Positions 38,331 to 48,745 of a stretch of 64,000 nucleotides of DNA are shown piece after piece. Below the pieces are notes generated by a model. That model saw only the letters and a list, made by a program, of their open reading frames with translations. It was not told the origin of the DNA and made no database searches. A program made the position numbers and the translations under genes. This stretch comes from Pseudogymnoascus verrucosus (lineage: Eukaryota), in the NCBI GenBank assembly GCA_001662655.1, contig KV460228.1; one strand, given 5' to 3'. The first letter of the stretch is position 1. Each line of letters starts with the position of its first letter.

Positions 38331-39893
38331 GAATAAATCATAAATACCATTGTGGCTATTAATAAAACACATCACGAGGAAATTATCGTTGTATACGAGG
38401 TTGTTGGTTCTGGATAATTGGTGACCCTTTTTTTTTATATTACTGTACTGCGTTCGTAATTCGTACTGGATCGTTGTCCTCTAACTCGCCTTCTACCTTC
38501 TTCATTACTCCAAATCATTTTGGAAAGTGGGGAAATTTGTCTGAGCGTGGACAAAGGATAGGTCGTCACTTCCTTGCTGGTAAGTTCCTGGTAGTTGGTG
38601 GTAGTTACATTTCCACTCACCGCCCAGATCACATGACACCCTACCAAAATGCCTACTACTTCCTACCAAATGTCCGCATTCCGCATCCTGTGGAAATTCC
38701 GCTTCCTTGTGTTCTGTGTGCGCCGCAACCAATCTGAGTCTCCGAAGTGTCTGACTGGCTTAATTCAGTGTTCCCCCCCACCACCACCATCTACCACTAC
38801 CCCCACATACTGTACGCTAACAATAGCCCTGTTTGTCTCATATCACCATACAACCGTTTGTGGTCCAATACTGTATGAGGGAAGGGCATGCTCTTTCCAC
38901 GAGGTTGGGAAGTCATTTCAGACAGTCGACTCACTGCAAGGCTGAGCTTCACTAGAGTGAGTATAGTACAGTACAGTACACACCTTTGACGACATGACAT
39001 GGCACACACACACACACAGGGGGTAAGGCAGGCACACAAAAGGGGAAAACGTAATGTTCATTTCGTTCGAGGACCCATTGTCCGAAAGCCCTCATCGACG
39101 CTCTCGACATACTCGACGCTCCCAACCATGAGTAAAACAACACAACACAACAGCAAATCACTATAGCCACCCCACAAAGTCGTGATATACGTAACCCAAA
39201 ACCGCTATGGATATAATAATGATACTTCGTAAGTAGTAGTTCGAAAGCAAAACCAAAACCAAAAACTCTGAATCCGCCCCGCTAAATGCGATTTTTGCTC
39301 AAATGGCAAACAAGTCAAAAGCACACGTGTGGTGTCCAAAAATAATGATGATGATGTCTGAGTTCTGCGAGGAGATGTGCCGGCCGGACTGCGTTCTAGC
39401 TCTTCTCTTCTGAATGGTGGTGTTCTCTGCTCTGCTCTGTCTCTGCTCTGGCAAACTAGTGCTGCCCTCTCCTCCATACCCATTCCGGGGTTGCGTGTGT
39501 GTGATAGAAGCGAAAAACAAGAAGGAAGTGGCCTCTCCTGTTCGAAACGGCTGCATAAGAGTTGCCTCTGTGCTGTGGGAGCGGCAGGTCCTGTGAAGCC
39601 CGTGCCGCGCCGTTGTGGATGTCTTAAAAAGTTGAATATCAAAAAATGCGAGTATAAAAATCGTTAAATGTCGTTAATGGTCGTTAAGTTAAAGGGGGGA
39701 AGAGTAACAGGTCGTAATGCGTTTAAATTTCTTCGTTGGTTGGGCTTTTTGGCAATTTTGGAGATGTGGAGACGGAGTAGATGTGGAAACGGGGTAGGAT
39801 AGGATAATAGATAGGTAGCCAGCGAGAGTCCGGGGTTCGGAGATGCTGGGGAGAGATTTCGGCTTCGAGGCAAATGAGAATCGATGTGAGTCT

Positions 39894-40539
39894 CTATTCG
39901 TAGGACGATGTCGAATCGCTGTTACTCGGGCTGGGCGAATGGCGGCTAGGCAGCCTGCCTCCGCCCCGTCTCTTGTGGCGCGAAGCCCCCTCAGTGGCAG
40001 GCAGCCCCTGGACGACCCCGTTCCTGGCCAGCATCCCGCCATTGACAGAGAAGTTGCGGCACACCATGAACGCACGCATGGCCGCGTTCTCCTGCGCCAG
40101 CTGATCCGATTCGTACGCCAGGTCGGTACGGTACTCTCGCCCATTGACGAGCACGAGGCAGGTGAAGCCGGAGCTGCTTCGGTAGACCTCGTACATGGGG
40201 TCCCTCCAGCCGCGGCGTTGGCACAAGCCTAGACACAGCATTAGCATTTCGTCAACAAGCTACTGGACCCTGCGAAAGAGGAAAGCCGGCATGTCCGGAG
40301 GCAGGCACCAACGTCGCCACACTCTAAATCGACGTCGGGAGGCAGAAGCGTGGTACATCCCGTTAGCCCTCCCCGTGGGATGACACTACGTTGGGACCTC
40401 ATATTAAAATGATGCCCAAGGTAACCAGCAACGGGAAGGCGTCTGCAGGCACGCCTCAAGTACGACTTGATCCCGGTGGCAATATGTGTGAATGAGATAA
40501 CATACCGTCAAGATATTGGATATAGAAGCCGCCCATCAT
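39894..40539 (-). CDS. Small stand-alone double-stranded-RNA-binding-domain (dsRBD-like) protein, ~122 aa; exons 40539-40506, 40228-39894
   Basis: Spliced MMGGFYIQYLDGLCQRRGWRDPMYEVYRSSSGFTCLVLVNGREYRTDLAYESDQLAQENAAMRAF fits the alpha-beta-beta-beta-alpha dsRBD pattern. Intron 40229-40505 is GTATGT..GCTAAT..TAG. Confidence 0.78.
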
Positions 40540-42288
40540 GATTCTGTGCAGACTAGATCTTGTCTGACCCTTCTACTCAGGGGTTACGTCGATTCAATGA
40601 GGTTATCACAACCCAACTGCAGGGTTTCTTTTTGCCCAAGACAGCCCTACAAGGAAAAAACCAACAAGGTCAATGTCAATTGACTTTTCTTTTTTGTGAT
40701 ATTGAAGCAGTAGTACTGCAGCTCGTTGTCAATTAAGAAATCGATAAGGCTGAAAAGGGTGGGCGACGGCGTGGTAAAAGAGGAGTGAGGCGGTTCTGTG
40801 GTTGACTTGGAAGATCTTGGGCAGGATATTTTCGTCCCTCAAGGCGAGACATGTGTGATTTATTGCCCACGCCTAAAGTTAGCGTACCGCAAGGATAGGT
40901 GGGATCAATCGGTTCAATGATTCCAAGGGGACATCAGATAGGGCGAGCAGTCGAGCCAGACGCACGAAGTTCTGCGGCTCAAGAAGGTGTGACCCATATT
41001 GATGTGCTGGCGTATGCCGTTGCCAGTTGATGATTTCCTGATATTAGCCAACTCCACCACGGTCATGGCGGGGCACAGGAGGGGTGATCTCGAACTGTTC
41101 AGAGGCAGGTTGCTCCTATCTGACCATCTGTGCATTTGCTAGAGGGTACTGGCTCTGCAGCACTGGTGGCGAAATAGACAACGCGTTTCCACACCCTCCG
41201 CTCCGGCTATGTACGTCCCTCCTTGAGACTTATGCCAGGCAGGAGGGGCAACATGGAGCATAGGGAGGGGAGGGGCAACTCTTTCTTTTCGCAGGGGGGG
41301 CGATCAATCAGACTGGGGCTAATGCCAATTGAGCATGGCAGACCCCAGAAAGAAGCCAGAAATAACACGAAATAGACGTTCTGAGACTATGGGGCATCTC
41401 TAGATCAAGGCTGTCCTAGTAGCTGCATCATGCGATATGTATCTTTAGCAGTGGAACAGGCCTACATTCTCGAACATAAGCGCATCGCTGAGCCTAGTAC
41501 AAGAGTGCAAGGTCTTGCCCCGCACGGCATCGGTGGCCATCGGTGACCGTCAAGAGGAGTTGCATACATCGGACCGTTGCCCTTGGCATGTAACGACTGG
41601 AGCACGACTTGACACGAAGTCGGTGAGAAATAGAGTGCATTGGCCAGTGGCTGGTAGACCAACTCATCGAAGCAACGAGCGAAACAAGAGACAAGACGGA
41701 AGACGGAAATTGATGAGTGGAAGGAAAATGCGCGAGGCAACCAGACATGCTTTTCGAACTAGCCCTGACAAGGTTGTGTGCGCATGCATTATGAGCTGGC
41801 AAGACGCTTGACGAGCCCGAGTAAGACCGTTTTTTTCTGAAATTACGACTTCAAGCAGGAGTAGTAAATGCGGGAAGATCCAAATGTATTGCGATGCATG
41901 AAAATGGAGAATAGCTTGAGTTGGAAGTAACCCCCGATCGGAAGTCCGATTAGAAAGAAAATTATCTACGTCGTCTTTGATCGGCTCTCAGGCTCCGATA
42001 ATGTTTGGACATAGCACATATTTATTTTTATTTTTGAACCAAGCACTTTCGGAAATCCCAGTCGTACGGGATGTGATCCTTAGCACCAGGTGATGTAGGG
42101 GACAAGAAGAGATCGTACTGAGATCATGCGAAGAACCCTGGAAACCGCACTTTGGGAATCCAATTGACGGCAGAGTTGGAGGGGTCGAGTGTGCCGTTGG
42201 CGGGCAGGGAAGCAGGCACGAATAAGCCAAGACCGAAAACCTATAGTATATAAGTCATTATGGGTCCTGCACAATACTCATCTCATAG

Positions 42289-42525
42289 TACTCCATATAC
42301 TCCATATACTCCATCTACATACATACCAGAGTACTATCCAGTCCAGTCCAGTCCAGTATAGTACACCGAACCGGTGCCGACCGGATAGAGGACTTGCTGA
42401 CTGCACTCGTATGGAGCGATGGAACGATGGAGTTACTGTACCCGTATGAACCACTGTATGGCGTACTGTATGGAGTAACTGTACTCCGTATATATGTATG
42501 GACTCCGTATGTATGTATGATATGG
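42289..42525. repeat. Mixed simple repeats: (TACTCCATA)3, (CCAGT)4, (GTAT)n, with inverted ATGGAG(TA) copies
   Basis: Read directly from the sequence. Confidence 0.6.
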
Positions 42526-43919
42526 TATGGATTTCCATGCGGCCTACGCGGCTGGTGAAAGTGCACTCCGAAAGCCTCCCCCAACTCCCAGAAGTTGATA
42601 GGCGGGGCAAGTACTTCCACATTCATTCCGCAACGGCTGTCTCGCTATCCCTCGAAATCCAAAAATGCCCGTCCCATCATTCGCTGCTTCTAACATGTCG
42701 CCGACTCCAGGTCCCGGTCATGGCTGCAGCTACAGGCGCGGGCAGTGGCCAGCACCTGCACGTCGTAGGTCATGGCATGTTATGTGCATCAACAAGCATA
42801 GCGCACTGTATAGCCACGCACCGTCAACAGACCGACAGACAGTGTCAAGGATCGCGCAACGGGCGTCTCTGGGTGAGACAACGATGGAGCAAGAGCGCGT
42901 ATCCCCGTATCCCCGTAACGATTGATCAGTCCTTGCGCCCCTCAGAAAACGTGGCGACACGATGTATAGAACGTTTTCGAGGGAGGATCTCGTTAGATGC
43001 TTTTTCCGGAGCGACTTGGCGGAGAACGAAGGGGACTTTTTTGGCGCCGAGTTGTGAAAGGCGCTGTGGCAGGGGTTGATGGTTCGCAATTGGCCGCTTA
43101 GGGGGGATATGGGGGGTTACTCTACAGCGTCAGTGCGACATACGACGACAATTGCTTCGTCGTCCTTGCACTTGCCTTGCAGTTTGGAGAGATGCATCCT
43201 ACCTAGCCCTTCTGTGTTGCACCTCCCAATTTCGTCAGATAGAAAGGCTCTCACGGACTCTAAATATCTCATACACATGCGCATAATAACTTTAGACCGA
43301 CAATATCCAATCGGTAGAATTGGCCTCCTGGCTGACCGGGGTAATCTATCTCATCACTCAAATCTCACATGCACGCCCGGCAGCAAATCCATAGCCGCCA
43401 ACACATCTGCACGACATTTTTAGTCCTCCCGCACATCCAAGACTTGACTCTGGGCCGGATGAGTGGATATGGCTCTCCTATTCGTGGTGCACATCGGATG
43501 AGATGACTAGAGATCGGTATGCTAACTACAGTCGTTTGAACTACTGAACTACTCGGAAATCCTCCTGAGCCTCTCATTACATCAAGCACTCGGCCCCGGC
43601 CGACGTGACCAGAGGGAAGCACACTGCATAGCCGAGACCGAACCGTTCATTTACAGAGACAATCATATGACTACCCAATTACTGGGTATTTCCAATACCA
43701 CAGCGGCTCGACGGGTCTATCCGCCCATGGATTTCCTCTGAGACCATAGAGCCCCTGGAACAGCTGCCAACGCATCGGCTTGGTTCCAAGCCCCCCCGCA
43801 CTAGCCCCCAACCCCCTCAGTGGCCGCCTTCTTTGCGGCCCACCCCTTTCGAAGCCATGCCGCTGGCCATTCAGCTGGCCTTCAGACAGGACTCCGGAGG
43901 CCATCTTCGCGAAGGATGC

Positions 43920-45679
43920 TCATGAGAAAGCCTCTTGGCTGTCACAGTATTGCATCACCCTCTCCGGAATTCCCTCAGGGATGACGTAGACGGGGTGGAT
44001 GCTCTTGACCCTATCTTCCTCGTCGAAGATCTGAGCATAGCCGTCATCCTGCTTCCGAGGATACGTCTCTGAGGTCCATCCCAGCGAGGTCATGATGTCG
44101 TCGGTTGGAGCCTGTAGAGACCACTTGTGCTGGGCCGAACTGAGTCCGACGAGCAAATAACATGTATGATATCCATCCGAGAACCTATATTACGCGTTAG
44201 TATGTGAGCAAAACATGGGTGCGTGGCGCCCCGGAGACATACATTCCGGGCTTGTCCCTCAATCCGCCTCGCTTGGTGGTATCCTGTCCACAGCACAAGA
44301 TATAACGCGTCAGTGCCTCTCGGCTATAGAGACTGTCATTGTGAGGGGCCCCGTGGTTCTCTGCCGAACCCGCAAGACAAGCGTCGAGCAGTGGCCAGCA
44401 GCCACCAATCCAATGCGAGTAACAACCGTCTACAAGTTTGTTCGTGCGCCCAGCGAAACCTCCTTCTGGTGCGTATTGACGAGAAGAGAGCCACGATATG
44501 AGCGTCGGCACATCCAGATATTTCGGGAGAGTCTCACGGGGGTCTCCCAGGATACAAAGACATGCGAGAGCACAGAAGGCATACGCACCATGAGCCTCTG
44601 TGTCCGGGCGGCTAGCAATACCACCCTCATATGTTTGACCTGCGCTCGTCAGTACTTGCCACAAGCGTTAAAATAAGACATCGTACATCGTGACACATAT
44701 TCTCCAAGACCTGTGAAAAGATCGAAATTTTCAGCCTTGGCCGGTGATCCATCGGCCAGATGGAGGGGAAGCCTGAGAAGCTTCACCAGCATCGCTGCAC
44801 AGTATGCTCCCCTATAAATGTTAGGTCGTAATCAAGTTGCTGATTATGTGCATGTATTCACCTGACGTCAACCTCTCCTCCGATAGACATTTGGAATCCT
44901 CCATCCGACTGCTTCAACCTGGACAGCCATTGCCACATTGCCTTCCGATCAATGGCATTAATTGCATCCTCTCCTCCTACCATGGTCAACGAGAGCACGG
45001 TAGCATACGTCGTTGCCAAATGGCTCATCTGCCCATGACCGCCTCCAAACCCCCCAGTGGAATTCTGAAGTGGCGCCACGGTGCTGATCAGTCGTTCCCT
45101 ATACTGACCAACGTCCTCTCCCAATGCACTCAACGCAGTGAGCGTCCAGTAGAAGAACCACGGACGAGCAGCATCAGCCCTAGTGAACGGCGCAGGGAGG
45201 GGGTTGAGCTGCTTGTGGCAGAAGTTGATGTGCTTTTCGCGGAGTAAGTGCGGGACTCCATGTTCGTTGTAGTAGCTGAACTCATCCGACTGGGCAGATA
45301 GGAAGGGAGCGCATGTTTCTACAACTTCGTCTTGCTTCTCGGAGGTTTCTGTTGCCAGGAGATCATGGATAGGCGGCTCGTGGGTGAAGAGGGTGGGGAT
45401 CTGATATGTCGTCGTCATAGTCACGGGACTGGCAGGTTCGTCTTGCCAAATTTCTTCCTCTGCGGACTCTGTGTCTGAAGGAAGTTCGTTGGGCGATATG
45501 CCCGGTTGGATCTGAGAAATATTGCCTATGTTATCACTGGAGCTCTCTGCCGTTTCTGTTGGTGAGCGTGGGCGGGGTGAAGTATGTTGCGAGGAAGAAG
45601 GCGAAGCCATGGCCCGGGACATAAAGCGCACTTTATGGAGTTGCTTTGGTCTCTGTGATCGTTTGACGGGGTATGTCAT
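43920..45679 (-). CDS. RAM1: Protein farnesyltransferase beta subunit; exons 45679-44862, 44811-44687, 44639-44243, 44184-43920
   Basis: GGFGGGHGQMSHLATTYA, GEVDVRGAYCA, CQTYEGG, EAHGAYAFC, GRTNKLVDGCYSHW and GGLRDKPG..DGYHTCY motifs; three canonical introns. Start could be 45622. Confidence 0.94.
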
Positions 45680-46442
45680 GGGTGGAACTTGTCATCTCGC
45701 CATCTGATTGATATCTGATAGAGGTCTTGCTATTGTTCTCGTGTGAATCAGTCGTTTGTGGTTAGCTCGCTTACTGGCTAAAGAAAGTGAGGGAGCTCTG
45801 GAGGTAAGGGCCGGGAAGCTGATTATAGCGTCGATGCGGGGCAGAACCTCATTAAAGACACATCCTCTCCTACAACATTATACTGCAATGAATCCATCTT
45901 CTCATCGGCGTAGTATCGCAACGATATTGTTCTATTGCCTCACGTGAATTGAGCCTCATGTGACTAAATTCATTTTGGACAAGGCTCGATCCACGCTTTG
46001 ATCACTAAACGAGCTGGTCACAAATCGGCAAGATAAGGTTCCCTCGGCCGAGATGGCAGCACGGCTCTTTAAGTACGCTGTGTAACAATGATCTCCGAAT
46101 CAGAGTTTTCCCAATGACTTTCCTACAGGACCAATGCAATCTCTTACAAATGCCTATTCGATACCTTACTGATTATGTCAGTCCCTTAGGACGAAATTGC
46201 CAAGAGTATGCGGTGTGGTGTGCCCTATAGCCCCTTCAATCCGTGTCTCACCACACATTCCGTTTGTCTTATCAAATTGGCCAATCGCAATGAGGTGAAA
46301 ATATTGTCTGCGATGCATAGACCCGTCACTGTTCGGGAAGTGTCTGTCTAAGGGATGAGACTTGACGGGATCTTTCCTCTACTATCTCGGCAGTTGTTTC
46401 ATCCAGCGTTTGTTCCCCAGAGAACGGACGACAGTGTATGCA

Positions 46443-47293
46443 ATGGATTCACCGAAGAGCCAGTATCTCATGCACCAAGCCATGGTTGATGAGTTTGAAC
46501 CTGGCAGCTTATGAATATCTGTTATGTACCGAGCCTCTGGTTTTAGACAACAGTATCACTGGATGATTATTGCGGCAGTTCCTCTGAGTGAGAGTATTCA
46601 CAGTTGTTTGTCAAAGCTGGGAATTTAGACAATCACGATGACGACGGCTACGACGCGTTATGTAGGTTGACTGTGGAACCATGCCTTGCATACTTCAGAG
46701 ACCGCCGTGCACCGCATGCACAGAAAGATCTCACTTTCGAAGGATTCTACTCTCCACCAACCTATCATCTGAAGCTTGCCGTCTCAGAACCTTCGTTTTA
46801 TCCCGAGGATACACGAGATTGTCACACTATCGATCCGGTCGTTCTGATGACCGCGTCTCGAGATCTTCTGCAATATCCGCGTGTCTCTTACTTATAGGCA
46901 TCTGAGATCTAAATTGTCACTCAATCGCTCAAATTAGCGACGAATGTGACTATATGTCCGAAATTCCTCGATAGGATATTATTAGCGACCTCATGGTCAG
47001 GTCTTCAAACCCTCACTTGACAAGAGTCAAATTATCACTCATACCTTCAGTTGCCATGCCGTTGGACAGTCTCAAATGCAAGGCAGTCTCGGAGCATCAT
47101 GCCAAGTGGGAACATCAGGTTACAGACTGCGTGGGGAGATGTTTATGCTGGGAATATCTTCATCAATAAGAACTTTGATGCTTGGGTGGTGGATCTCCGC
47201 GGGGGATGGGTTGAGGAGTTTGGTCATAGCACGAAAGAAGGGTCTGGCAAGATGTCCGGGAAATCTTTGATGAATGGATTTCTCGAGACCTAG
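46443..47293 (+). pseudogene. Degenerate fungal protein-kinase-like gene
   Basis: Fragments in changing frames: MDSPKSQYL..SL*ISVMYR, LTVEPCLAYF..TFEGFYSPPTYHLKL, and the catalytic-loop-like WGDVYAGNIFINKNFDAWVVDLRGG. Stops and frameshifts interrupt it. Confidence 0.65.
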
Positions 47294-48745
47294 ACTCTGA
47301 ATGACGTTTAAGCACTCCTCCTGGCAAGAAGTTGCCAATATCAAGCGATATGGCGACAGGTCTTGAACAGACAGACCGGCGCGTAATCACGTGAGCATTG
47401 GGGTTCAGAAGCGTGCTGTCTTTGAGACCACGACGGAGAGACTACTCGAATAGTTCCGTTTGTAAACAATGACAGAGCGCGCAATGCGCCATGCGAAAAT
47501 GGGTTTGACGGGCGCCTGCATGGAGAAAATCCAGTTGGTTTCACACTCGGCAAATCAGCGAAAGGTGGAGATCCAAGACGGTACTACAGGAGTTATAGCA
47601 GGTCATGTTAAGATGTGTGGCGATTGGGCAACCCCTCATCTGCGGCAACACCGAGATCCTACTTGCATCCCGCGTCCACGACGCTTCGGCAAGCGGGCAA
47701 CTGCAGTCTCATTCTCACGTTTCTGTGTGTGCATCTCCTACGGGCTCTCTGCCGTGGCTCTCTTCCTCCCTGATGCGAGTCCTTGAGCGCGCGAGCTGCC
47801 GTGGGAGTGTGATGATTCTATATGGGGATTGCAGAAAGTGCACGATCCCACAGTCCCACAGGGATGGGGGGTTTATCCCAGCCGCCAACGAGAAAAAAAT
47901 GCTCTGTGCGTGGCGAGGTGAGATCTTTGCAGGCGCTAAGAGACTCAAAACGCCTGCGCTTGGCTGCTCTGGGGGGCTGGAAGAGGTTTTATCGTGAGAT
48001 ATGGCGTGGTGCTAGAGAGCTTGGGCTTTGAATGATTTACCCCATTCCATCATTTCATCCGTCCCCTGCAACAACTTGCATTTGCAACAGTTTCGCGGAC
48101 CGTAAATGCAAGTAAGCTCCACGATGGCACTGTCACTCATCCGGTGATACAAGCGAACGCCCATAAGTGAACTATACGTGTCAATTGGCTACAGAGTTTG
48201 AGGAGGATGGAGTTAACTGCACGAAGACTGTACCAAGTATGTACACTGCAGTGTGGTGTATCGTACGTATGGCACATATCGTACGTATCGTACAGCACTT
48301 AGACTGTGTTGCTGTGCATGAGGGGCTGGTCTCGAGGTTTGTCGTTGGCTATTGAACACAGGCGGGGTCGTACGGGGTGGCTGGGGTTCATCCCTCCACT
48401 CCCTGCCACTCCCACCCTCTCCCACCCACTCCCACCCACTCTCTCTATTCCGCTGGTGTTCAACTAACTAAGCGTCCGAAAACACACCCCACTGTTGGCG
48501 CTTCGCTTCAGGGTTGTGGGTCTTAAAGGGACTAGCGCGTGTGCACTGCTCACCGCCAGTCTTCCTCAACGCTGCACATGATTTGGGGGTCAACTCCGCC
48601 AGTTCCCAGGCCCACCCTCACCAAACTCCTCCCCCAAACCTCACCGCAACATCATGTTCTTGCAAAGGAACTGGCGGTGTCGTTGACACTTCTTCGTACA
48701 ATACCATTGATCACCCCACACAAAAAAGCCCTCAATCCCGTCACA

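Noticed and set aside
43671..43919. Open frame continuing in phase beyond the RAM1 stop (possible readthrough)
   Set aside because: TGA-GCA is not a strong readthrough context, RAM1 looks complete at the stop, and the extension has no targeting signal such as PTS1.
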